Shown piece after piece: positions 25,700 through 36,764 of a stretch of 64,000 nucleotides of DNA; positions within the stretch are counted from its first letter, which is position 1, and every line of letters begins with the position of its first letter. The notes below the pieces were generated by a model that saw nothing but the letters and a program-made list of their open reading frames with translations, was not told the DNA's origin and made no database searches. The stretch spans positions 2,356,001-2,420,000 of the forward strand of contig NC_058368.1 in the NCBI RefSeq assembly GCF_018350175.1, given 5' to 3'. The translations under genes were made by a program, and so were the position numbers. This DNA comes from Felis catus. Lineage: Eukaryota.

Positions 25700-27925
25700 A
25701 AAGGGCTCCTCCTCTTCTGCCCGTTCATTAAACTGACCTGATCTATCTGGGGGCCTCTTCTCCCCTCAGTGCTTCCTACGTGGTCACATCTGCCACCGTG
25801 GCTTCCAGTGCCATTTTCGATGATGATAAGAAAATCTGAACGCCTTATGTCCTAAACTGGACTCATTCTCTGCCCACCCCCCCCCCCCCACCCTTCACTC
25901 TTTCCCCTACGATCCACGTATCCTGGCGAATGGCGCAATCATTCGCCTAAACCAGAAATCTGGGCATCGGACATGTTTCCTTTTTCTTCCTCCCTCTCAG
26001 ATCCAGTCAGTCATTAAGGCCCATCGCTCTATCACCAAATATCACCAAAATATCTATCAAATCTACACTCTTCTCTCCATTTCCATTACCTCCTCTCCAG
26101 CATACAACCTCTTACCCTTATTGCAAAACCTCCTCACTCCATTCGCTAGCCAGCTGCCAGAGTGATTGCTCTCATCTGTCACTTGCTTACTTTAAACTCA
26201 AGGGCAGCCCACGGTTCTTAGGATAAGGTCTAAACTCTTTAACACACCCTCTACAGGTACCTAAGATTAAGGCTCCGCCTGCCTCTCGGCTGACCTCCAA
26301 CTGCCCTCGGCAGCTTCATACCCCTCCGAAATGGCGCCTGTCCTCTGTGTTTACACATCTGCGTGCTGGTCTATGCTTCATCTCTCCTGACTCAACCAGT
26401 CTCCTACTCCTCTACTCCTACCCAAATTTTCTTACTGCGCCCTGAAATTCTCTCCACGGTAAACATCTTTCACCCATTCATTCACTGTATGCGTGGTCTT
26501 GCCTTATCTGAAACCTGGATCTCCGCTAAGGACTTCTGAAAGGGAGGTTACTCATTTTTTCCCGCCTCACTGCTAATTCCAGACCTTTTTTCTTCTAACC
26601 TCTTAACAAAAATTTCTGTTCCTTTGAGGCAAATGTCATCCGGCTAGGTCACTGTCTGTTCTTCCTTTCAGCGGTCATCTACCAAAGTGCCCTCTCCCCA
26701 TCTCTCAGTCACCCAAGGCTTTAGTAGCTGGTTCATGGTCCATCTCTCTGATCACACTCTCTCACATCCTTGAGAACTAATTCTTGAGATTCGAGTTCCA
26801 GGACTACACCTAGAACCCCGAAATCACCCAGAACCGTTTCACCTCTGAAATCGTAAACCTCAGCACTTTACTCGTTGACTGCCAGCTCTGTTCTGCTCCG
26901 GGACTCCTACTAGAGCTGGCTTTCAACCTCAATGGCAGATCTCACTTCCCTGTTCCACTTTCTTCTTTTCATCTCCCCTTTCCTTTCTGTTGCAATTCGA
27001 CTTTCTTCTCTATTATCTTGCCCAGATTCCGTGGCTCATTACTTAAAACCTCTTTCCCCTCAACAGCCTGAATTCCCTAGCCTGTGACCCTCCTCCCACC
27101 CATTCGCTCAGCAAAATCCTAACTCTAATACAGCTGTCCAACATTTCGACTCCCACCTGTAGCCGGCAGGAGAATCGTCCCATCACTGCACCGACTGGTG
27201 ACTATTCTTTCACGACCGACGCTATCTTCCGTCGGTCCCTTGAGGTCCCTTCTTCGATCCCTTGAGGTTTCCTAGGACTCTCTGGTTGGGTCTCTTTCCT
27301 AATCACAGAAGCTACCTTGAACCTCCTTTCTCCACACGTCCTACTTTATAAAAACAAGCAAAGCTATCCAAAACAACCTGCTTCAGGTTCTTGCCACCGA
27401 ATTTGCAAAATCTGCATGAAACACCCACCTGTACACATCCTTTCTTACTGGTGCAATGGAAAAGATGTGCACCCTGTGGAATGCTGATCCTCCCATTGGT
27501 GCTCTGAAGACAATCCCTTCTCTCCCATTTTCCAGGAGTCTGTCCCACTCATACTTCCTTTCTCTCATTTCCTGTCTCTCCCTCTCATCAACAGGAAACG
27601 TGCTCAAGTCTCTTGGTCTAACATGAACCAACATTCCCTGGGTCTGTCTCCGTCCCCAGCTACTGCCCTCTAATTCCTTTTGTTCACACCCAGGTCTCTC
27701 AAGTGGTCTGAACTTAATTTTCTCTTTCCCTAACACTTTCTCCTCTTGGCTTCTGTGTTAATATTAGCTTGATTCTCTTTCGCGTCCTTGATCGCTCTGC
27801 CCTAGTCTCTTCCTTGGGCACTGCTTCCTCTTCCACTGCCTTAAATGTTGGTATTCCGCTGGATTTCTCTGAGGCCTTCTCTTCTCACTTTAGATACCCG
27901 GCCCCGTTCTTCCTCCCCAGACTTT
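25700..27925. mobile_element. Fragmented L2 (LINE-2) remnants
   Basis: Pyrimidine-rich tracts with L2-like motifs (ccagaaatctgggcatc, gctgccagagtgat, cttggcttctgtg, ccttaaatgttgg). Boundaries uncertain. Confidence 0.45.
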
Positions 27926-28134
27926 AATTAAAATTGTAATCGCTCAGAGAGTTTGAGAAAATTATTTCTTACTTGATGAGTATTTTATTACTTAAAAACA
28001 TCTATTAAAGAACATGGTATTAAAACATTTTCTATGTAGATTCTCTACTGTATGCAGACCTCACAACTTAATTCCTTAATAATACCCCAGTTAAATAAAA
28101 CACATAAATAGAAAATTTTTTTAATAATTCTTTT

Positions 28135-28347
28135 TCTTTTTTAATGTTTATTTGTTTTTGAGAGAGAGAGCGAGCGAGCATGAGTAGGGAAGGGGCAGAG
28201 AGAGAGAGAGAGACACAGAATCTGAAGCAGGCTCCAGGCTCTGAGCTGTCACCACAGAGCCTGACGTGGGGCTTGAACTCATGAACCGTGAGATCATGAC
28301 TTGAGCCAAAGTCAGGCACTCAATCAACTGAGCCACCCAGGCACCCC
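28135..28347 (-). mobile_element. CAN-SINE, sense to MICU2, 40 nt downstream of the exon 4 donor
   Basis: Reverse body; TSD aaacacataaa(t/c)agaaa. Confidence 0.93.
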
Positions 28348-28386
28348 AAACACATAAACAGAAATTTAACAACAAATCAAAATTAC

Positions 28387-28462
28387 CTTTATCGCCAAGG
28401 TCTCTAAAAAAGGTTGATCCACGACAAGCTGGTTGGGTTCCTGCCAGTATATCCTCGATATC
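28387..28462 (-). CDS. MICU2: MICU2 coding exon (exon 4 equivalent), 76 nt, phase 0 to 1
   Basis: Translates DIEDILAGTQPACRGSTFFRDLGDK(G). Acceptor tattcaaAG after a 115-nt intron; donor GTAATT. Confidence 0.95.
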
Positions 28463-28577
28463 CTTTGAATACACATGAAAATCTTTAAGTTTAACTTATA
28501 AAAGTACATTTTCTATGTCACCAAAAAACAAGTGAAAAGAAATAAAGAAAGAACTTTCTCCCACACATACTACTTAC

Positions 28578-28609
28578 CTTTTTGGTCAGCTTCTTCACTG
28601 AAGTTTTAC
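28578..28609 (-). CDS. MICU2: MICU2 coding exon (exon 3 equivalent), 32 nt, phase 1 to 0
   Basis: GT AAA ACT TCA GTG AAG AAG CTG ACC AAA AAG = (R)KTSVKKLTKK. Acceptor ctttttTgctatAG; donor GTAAGT. Phase fits the preceding exon. Confidence 0.95.
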
Positions 28610-29123
28610 CTATAGCAAAAAAGAAACATTATTTAGTATCCATATTACTTGGTAAAACTCAACTTCCACTAACAAAGAAAATCGTTTAAAAGACAAAATA
28701 AACAACTAAATATTTGTTAAAAAAAAAAAACTTGTCAATTTTGCTAATATCCTTATATCAGAGTTGTGAGCCGAGGAATTCTAACTCTAAACACAAAGAT
28801 ACGTGGGTTCTTGTAAGACCTAGTTTTCAATTTCATTCACCCTACTTCAGACATGTAAAATCTTATCACCATTTTTTTACTTCTCTTAGTTGTCTGTATC
28901 ATAAATAAATTCTTGCCAAAGATGATTTAAAAATTCTTTTTGCTTTCACTGACTAAAAACATACGCATTTATGTTTTAGAAAGCTACCTTTTTGAACCCT
29001 GAAAAGTTCTCTGAAGTTTACAGCTCTTCAGTCAATTTAAAAGTCTAGCCAACATGACTATCCATTCTAAAGTAATGTTATTTTTAACAGTTTCCAATTG
29101 GATCACAGAGAATTAAAATTCCT

Positions 29124-29325
29124 GGGGCCCCTATGTGGCTCAGTTGGTTGAGCATCTGGCTCTTGATTTCAGCTCAAGTCGTAATCCCAGGGACGTGGGA
29201 CTGAGCTCTGAGTTGGGGGCTCCATACTCCAAGCGTGGAGCCTGCTTAAGATTCTCTCTCTTTCCCTCTCTTCTTCTGCCCCTCTCCTTTGCTCTCTCTC
29301 TCTAAAATTAAACAAACAAACAAAA
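29124..29325 (+). mobile_element. CAN-SINE (older subtype)
   Basis: ggggcccctatgtggctcag head, gagcctgcttaagattctctc, aaac tail. Confidence 0.88.
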
Positions 29326-31002
29326 AGCCCAAAAATTCTTTCATGTGTTTAGCCATCTTTTTTACTGCTCACAGCATTTTCCTCTGACCCACTATAATTC
29401 TAAAGCAATCAGTTGCTTCTTTTGTTGAGACTTATTCTGATGACAGCCTCAAGTCATTTATACATCTGGAATACTGAAAAATGTTCTCCAGTACTTTGTT
29501 TCCTGCATAAGCCGTGTGCATCACAAACTCCCCCTTCTGCTCTCAAGATTATCTTATCTATGAGGTTCCCTCAGTACAATGAAACGGTCTATGAAAGTTT
29601 AGGTGACGGGTTAAAAAAATAAATATTTTTACACGTGCCTTTTCTGTAGTGTGGGATGCTTAATTTGGACTATAACTCAACTGGGGATGAATTCTATCAT
29701 TTGGCATTAATAAACCATCAAGATTTTAGCTTTGCACTATTAATAAAGACAGTAGCTGTGAATATGACGGTCTCATTTTTAGAAACATCTATGACCATGT
29801 TTATAAACGTAGATGTTACAATTCTGGGATAATTTTAAACTATTATGTGTTACCCAACGACAAAGAACCCTAGATTCTAATATTAGGTGCTAATATACCA
29901 TTAGACTATCAAATAGACAAAACTTATCATTTAATTTATAATCCTAAGGGTTTGTGTGAATGTGTGGTAATACAATGCCGATAACAAACCCCAGAAAACT
30001 ATGTAATACGTGTATTTTATCTGCCTCTGCTATATTCTATTAAAAAAAGAAATTGATCATGATTCACTTACCTTATATTGTTTTTAAAGTCATATTCACA
30101 TTTATTCATTACTATGGGCAGTTTTATTTTTAGACAATTAAGGTTAGCCCCCAAAAAGACTAATCCTTGTACCCAACTGAAAATGTATTCTAGGAAGTAA
30201 TAAACGACATCTTGAAGGTGACAATAGATGGTTTCTAGGTAATAAGACTAAAGGGTCTTATATTTGTTTCATAGCTAGATTTTTTGTTGTTTTTTGGTCT
30301 CTTAAAATCTTTGTTGTGAAAAAAATGCTCTACTTGAAACCAAGTGAGGAAAGAAGGTAGCATTTGCTTCCCTGCATCTAGAAGTCTTGATGTCAACAGC
30401 TAAGTCAGTACAATTCAGTGCTAGATGGAAAAATACAACAATAAAGTCATGAACCAATTGATAATATATTGGTAATATAACACCAGAATCACAGGTAAGA
30501 ACTAAATTCTAAAACCCTATTAAGGCAGATTCCATCTTTGTCCTTTCCTTAATGTAGCCCAGTGATTAGCATTTAAATATTTATTCAATGAATAACTAAG
30601 AATTAGAAAAGATTCCAGAATGTCTTCTTATTCAGACCCCTGCCTTTCAGTGGTTAATAAATTGTAACCCTCATTTTACAAATAAGACAAATAAGGCCTC
30701 CTGAGGTGCAAAAGGGATTAGGTCACAATATGGGCGATGGAGGGTTTCTCACCCAGGATTTTCAAAAACTGGTGTTAGATGCCTTGAGCGCTATTAAAGT
30801 AGTAATTGGGAACCTGTGGACCACTCTCAACATGTCAGGAAATTTCACAGAACTGAATGATTAAGCATGAGGTGGCTAGAGGAGCAACACTGGCTATTTC
30901 GTGTGGATTACAAGTTCTGCTTGGTATTTGAATAGGCATTTGATTATACAAAATGGAGAAACCATGTACCTAATGAACATCTCTTGTAAAAAAACATTTT
31001 TT

Positions 31003-31219
31003 GGGGCGCCTGGGTGGCTCAGTCAGTTGGGCGGCCGACTTCGGCTCAGGTCATGATCTCACGGTCCGTGAGTTCGAGCCCCGCGTCGGGCTTGGTGCTG
31101 ACAGCTCAGAGCCTGCAGCCTGTTTCAGATTCTGTGTCTTCCTCTCTCTGACCCTCCCCCGTTCATGCTCTGTCTCTCTCTGTCTCAAAAATAAATAAAC
31201 GTTAAAAAAAAAATTAAAA
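31003..31219 (+). mobile_element. Young CAN-SINE (SINEC_Fc-like)
   Basis: Close to the recalled cat consensus (ctctgaccctcccccgttcatgctc); perfect 15-bp TSD aaaaaaacatttttt. Confidence 0.95.
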
Positions 31220-31341
31220 AAAAAAACATTTTTTAATGGAATCAATAATTAGAAAATGACATGTTAGCTGCCAAAAAGGGATCACTCTCTTACATCAAAC
31301 TCATTTTTACATTAAAAAAAAAAAAAAAAGCCAGAGCTACC

Positions 31342-31360
31342 GGGGGGGGGGGGGGGGGGG
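31342..31360. repeat. Poly-G tract (19 G)
   Basis: Direct reading. Confidence 0.9.
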
Positions 31361-32861
31361 TGAATGCCTAATCTCTTTTGTTTCCTCTTTCTCCAACTTA
31401 ATAAACTTTTCCTTGAGTAAGAGAAGGGGTTGTGGTGCTTCAAACCCAGAACGCTCTGGCAGGTCTCCCCAGCAGGGGGATGTCTCGCCCGGGTACGCCC
31501 CCTTGTATATCACCTGTTCATATGCTGTACCAACGAGGAGACCAGAGATCAAAATAAGAGGTCCGTGGTCTGATCTGCAGTATGATGAGCCATGACCTTT
31601 ATTCTTCTGACAGCAATTATAACATCAGGACATATTTATTAAATAAACCCAAATATATTTGGACACATTTTTCTATTTAAGAATAAGGAATAAAACCCAT
31701 CTGTAAATAATCTAATTTTCCTTCAGGTTTTTCTGATTTTTTTTTTTTTTTTTTTGGATCTGTTTTTTGGAGGGAGGGGAAAATTCCTGCTTTTCTTTAA
31801 TTATTTCTACCTTCACACACATAAAAAACCCAGTCTTACTAGATCATCGCTATTCCATATACCCTCATGTAGTCATATGTGGAAATAACAGAATGGGGGA
31901 AAACAGCAACAAAGGTAGATCTGGAGTTGAGACTGTAATGTTTTATTATATGAACATGAAGAATGGAAAATACATTGTGGCTTTTCTTGGCAGGGGAAAG
32001 CATAGATCTTGGAGATCTATGAAGCACCGTGATGGAATTCTGGCTCAGGAAGTAGATGTTTTTAAAGGTCTCCACTTCTCCTAGAGATTCCACCATGTGG
32101 CTTTCACCGTTTACAGAGGATTTCTGAAGTAAAAATAGGGAGCAAGCACATCTTGTTACAGGCAAACAGCCATTTTAATACTTAAAATAAGTAAAACTGC
32201 ATTCATACGCACTAAGTACCGTTAGCGGCCAAACGCTAGCCAAAATAGCGTTATTTGCTGATTGTAACTGTAAAAACATTACATGGTATCTAATTCCATT
32301 TCATTTTGCTGGAAGTAAGTGGGCTTTCGACACATTGAAATTAGACAACAGAGACACTGCCATCGTATCTTTTGCATGAATATATGGAACACCTTGGCAT
32401 CGATGTTAGAATTAGTACATGGCAGGACTAGTTACTCCAATACTTGCTTGAATCCAGTCACGGCTAATATGGAAACCGAGGCAGAAAATGACACATTAGC
32501 AAAACAATTAAACTTCCTAATATCAGGAGTAAAAGTGAAAACTGGAGGAAAAAAAGGAGGGCCAATTAAATGGCGTCATTTTCCTTCAACAGAGCACGTG
32601 GCTTGCTTACTTCTGCTGGAATAAATACAGGAATAGATACCCTCTGGTTGGTGTTTCTTCTAGAGGGAGACAAATGGTGATCTCCTGAGAGGTCTAAAAC
32701 TGGCCTACTTGCCAACTTTGCCAAACTGCTCTTCAAATACATTTAAATTGGTTTTGAAGGGGAAAAAAGGTGACTCTTTTTTTGCAACCTCAAGTAGTGT
32801 GAAATAATAAGAACTACATTATAAACAGCAAATTATTTAATTCCAGTTTAAAAGCTGATGT

Positions 32862-33082
32862 AGGGGCACCTGGGTGGCTCAGTCGGTTGAGCGTCCCACG
32901 TCAGCTCAGGTCACGATCTCACCGTTCGTGGGTTCGAGCCCCGCTTCAGGCTCTGTGCTGACAGCTCGGAGCCTGGAGCCTGCTTCAGATTCTGTGTCTC
33001 CCTCTTTCTCTGCCCCTCCCCCTCTTGTGCTCTGTCTCTCTTCCTCTCAAAAACAAATAAACATAAAAAAAAACTTAAAAAA
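32862..33082 (+). mobile_element. CAN-SINE
   Basis: Full body; TSD aaaagctgatgta. Confidence 0.94.
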
Positions 33083-33429
33083 AAAGCTGATGTAAAGGGG
33101 GAAATACAGCAGCTAAGAAACTAAAGGGGAGAGGGGAAGATATGGAAAGCTTCTCCAAATGAGAAATGCTGACGTTAACATCTGAAGGATTAGCATGAAT
33201 CAGCTCAGTACTGAGGCCCGGAGAGTTGGGAGCTCTAGGAACAGGGAGGAGAGCCTGCCAGTCACTTCTATTGTGATGAGGAGGGAGGAGAGGGGCAGTG
33301 TCATGCAAGTAGTTTTGGTGGCAGGAAGCCGAGGCAACTGCTATCTACAGACTTTGATCCTCTCTTTGAGTAAGTGACCAGGTAGTTTGCTAGAACACGT
33401 AGGAAAAAGTGTAAGAAACAGCATGTGTG

Positions 33430-33760
33430 CATCAGAGATTGCTAGAAGAAAGAAAAGCAACAGACTTTTGTATACGAAGGCTATATCCTGGGACCCTGAT
33501 AAGTCACTTACTTTAGTAGTTTTATTTGTAAATGCTTTTGTAATTGTCTACATAGATAATCATGTCTCTGAACAAAGACAGCGTTAGCTCTTCCTTTTAA
33601 ACCTGTAGGTCTCCTTTCTTTTTCTGGCCTTTCGGCACCGGCTAGGACTTCCGGTACAGTGTTGAATACGAGTGGCGGAGTGGACAGCCTTGCCTCGTTC
33701 TTGACCTTTGGGGCAAAGCGGTCAACCCTTCACCATTAAAAGTGATCGTAGCAACTGGCT
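33430..33760 (-). mobile_element. L1 ORF2 (RT region) fragment
   Basis: gctaggacttccggtacagtgttgaatacgagtgg...ccttgcctcgttcttgacctttggggcaaagc, homologous to 2105-2200 in this window. Confidence 0.75.
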
Positions 33761-33789
33761 TCATGTCCATATGGCATTTTGGGATCTAG

Positions 33790-33943
33790 CCTCAAAAGTG
33801 CCATACTGTCACTTCCACACATGTTCTGTGAATTGAGGCAAGGGGAGGGGACACAGGCTCCACCTCTTGATGGCAAAGCTGTGGAAGACCATATGGGAAC
33901 AGAAATACTGTTGCAGCCATTTTTGGAAATACAATCTGCCACA
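33790..33943 (-). mobile_element. MLT1 (MaLR) LTR fragment
   Basis: Reverse complement begins TGTGGCAGATTGTATTTCCAAAAATGGCTGCAACA, an MLT1H-like start. Confidence 0.6.
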
Positions 33944-34774
33944 GCATCTTGACCAATTTATCACCTATGTGCAATCTGAGCTGTGTTCTTCACTAAAGGA
34001 AATTCTATCCAGTCTTCTCATACCCTCTGGTAAGTCCTGAGCACTCTTAGCCCCACTGACCTCTCCACTGACACTTTAACACTGAAGACAGTCTATTACC
34101 CAGACTCTTAGGCTGTAAATTCCACGAACACAATAACACTATCTGTTTTATTCACCACTATATCCCAACATCCAACACAGTGCTTGTGGGCTTTAAACCT
34201 GTTCTTCTCACACGGGAAAATGCATACTCACTGGTTGGGGGTGAGTTGGTGATGAGCCAGGGGGCACGGAGGTCTCAAGTTACTTGCCATCATGCAGTCT
34301 GACAACTAAGGGAATCCTTATTGGGCTCCATTTTAGGTGTGCATGTGTTTATAAGAAAGCGCAGGGTAGAAATGTTTATGTGTGTAGAGCAACCAATTGG
34401 AAAAAATTTGATACTTTTGTATAGTGTTCAAATGCTGTTAGAGTAGATTACACTTAGAGCCCTGGTCTACACAGGTGCTGACCTCATGTTTAACTGGAAG
34501 AATGAGAGTAAGACTTCTTTTCTTAGTGAGTCTTAGAAGCCTAACACAGCAGTTATTTTTTGGAAAATGAATTTATCATCAATCTGTGCTTTTAAAACGT
34601 TTGATCATATAAAAACCAAGCTACTTCCTATGAATCAATTCACTTTTCTACCAGAATTGCACTAGATGGATGTTTTGATTTACATATCTGTTAGACCCAC
34701 AAGGAGTTCTCTGGTATTAAAAAAGCACTTAGGGTCTTGTTTTTATTATTTTAGTGTCTCCATTTATGTTTTAT

Positions 34775-34961
34775 TTTAAAAAATATTTATTTGAGAGACA
34801 GCATGTGTGTGCACACGCTCAGGGGAGGGGCAGAGAGAGAGAACCCCAAGCAGGGTCCGTGCTGTCAGCACGGAGCCTGACGTGGGTCTTGATCCCATGA
34901 AGATCATGACTTGAGCTGAAAGCAAGAGCTGGTTTAACCAAATGAGCCACCCAAGTGCCCC
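34775..34961 (-). mobile_element. CAN-SINE
   Basis: Reverse body; TSD ctccattta(t/c)gtttt. Confidence 0.9.
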
Positions 34962-35009
34962 TCCATTTACGTTTTCTAAACTTTAATAATTTTAATATTA
35001 ATACTTAAA

Positions 35010-35033
35010 AATTTTTTTTCAACATTTATCATT

Positions 35034-35087
<54 letters not shown>

Positions 35088-35254
35088 GCATGAGATGGGA
35101 GGGGCAGAGAGAGGGGGAGACACAGAATCCAAAGCACACTCCAGGCTCTGAGCTGTCAGCACAGAACCCTACGCAGGGCTCAAACCCACGAACCATGAGA
35201 TCATGACCTGAGCTGAAGTTGGACGCTTAACCGACTGAACCACCCAGGTGCCCC
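35010..35254 (-). mobile_element. CAN-SINE with expanded (GA)n
   Basis: Reverse body; TSD aatatta(a/g)tactt. Confidence 0.92.
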
Positions 35255-35299
35255 AATATTAGTACTTTCAATTGGGTACAAGGATTGCATTTTATACAT

Positions 35300-35980
35300 G
35301 TATTTTGTAAACCTTGATTATGATATATTTCATATACCACAAAATCCATCCATTTAGGCTGCACAGTTCGATAGTTTTGTGTACGCACAGAGTTGTATAG
35401 TCATCAATCACCACAATCTAATTTCAGAACATGACATCACCCGAAAACAATGTACAACCACTGGCAGTCACTGTTCCGCCCCCATTCCTAGGCAACCACC
35501 AATCTACTTTCTGTCCCTGCAGATCTGCCTATTCTGGACATCTCATAAAAATGGATCATATGAAACGTGGCCTTTTGTGGCTGTCTTCTTCAATTTAGCA
35601 TAACGTTCCCTAAGTTCATGCATGTTGTAGCAGCTTGCATCAGTACTTCACTTTTTTCAAAGAGCTGGATAATACTCCACTGTATGAATATGCTATATTT
35701 TGCGGATCCATTCATCTGTTGGTAGGCATTTAGTTTGTTTCTGGTTTTTGGCTAAACCAGACAAAGTTTGGTTGGACAAGTTTTTGTGTAGAGGCACATT
35801 TTTACTTCTTGGATGGTACACCTAGGAGTGGAACTGCTGGGTCATATAGTAACTCTATGTGTAACATTTTGAGGAACCGCTGAATTGTTTTCCAAAGTTC
35901 TACCGGTTCACATTCCCATAAGCAATATGTTAGGGTTCTAATTTCACCACATCCTTGTCAACGCTTTTTATTGTCTGTCA
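35300..35980 (-). mobile_element. L1M 3' fragment
   Basis: ggcaaccaccaatctactttctgtc...tgcctattctggacat...aatggatcata; ctaggagtggaactgctgggtcata. Confidence 0.75.
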
Positions 35981-36079
35981 AAGACTGGTATTTAAACACA
36001 AGAAATTTGAAGCATAAACTTGAAACTAAGGGAAATTTGGAATATCCTGAAATCATAATGGACTATGTCAACAATGAAT

Positions 36080-36332
36080 GTACATGGGTTTGAACTGTGA
36101 ATGTATGTTCTCTTCCTTGTGATTTTCTTAACATTTTCTTTTCTCTACCTTACTTTATTATAAGAATACAGTGTATAATATGTGTAACATGCAAAATATA
36201 TGTTATTAAACTGTTTATATTATCAGTAAGGCTATTAGTAGTTGAGTTACTGGGGAGTCGCAAGCTCTATGTGGATTTCTGACTGCATGGGGGTACGCAC
36301 CCCAATCCCTATATTGTTCAAGGATCAATTAT
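36080..36332 (+). mobile_element. Tigger2-family DNA transposon remnant
   Basis: catgggtttgaactg... and terminal ...tgttcaaggatcaatt, similar to the Tigger2 TIR gttcaagggtcaactg. Confidence 0.65.
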
Positions 36333-36434
36333 ACTAGCAAAGACCTACTTCAAATACAACTAATAAACTGAAACTAAGGGTAAGCTGTAGTCAATTTGAA
36401 AAGCATAAGATAGACTAAGAAGTTTTGTCTTCTA

Positions 36435-36548
36435 AACTAGCTGGCTCAGTGAGAAGAGCAAGTGATTCTTGGCCTTGGGGTCATGAGTTCGAGCCCCATG
36501 CTGGGTTTGTAGAGATTACTTAAAAATGAATAAGTATGTTAAAAAAAA
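36435..36548 (+). mobile_element. Short old tRNA-derived carnivore SINE
   Basis: ctggctcagtgagaagagca...catgagttcgagccccatgctggg..tagagattactt. Confidence 0.7.
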
Positions 36549-36764
36549 CTTCAGAAAATAAAATGTAGGTTCTATTAGTGGGGAGATGTGACTGAGCCTA
36601 AACCTTGTTGTCTCTTAAGAAAACCTGTAGAAACAACTATATAGAATTCTTTTTAGTCACCCAAGAGCATTTCAAAAAGCAATGATGAAACATTTCCGGA
36701 AGAACATCCCTACTTTTTTCACTGAAAATGAAAGAAGCTGGTGCAAAGACTTCTTTAGGGAAAC

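Noticed and set aside
31570..31620. Box C/D snoRNA (ATGATGA ... CTGA)
   Set aside because: The boxes are only about 20 nt apart, there is no terminal stem, and it would be antisense to the host gene.
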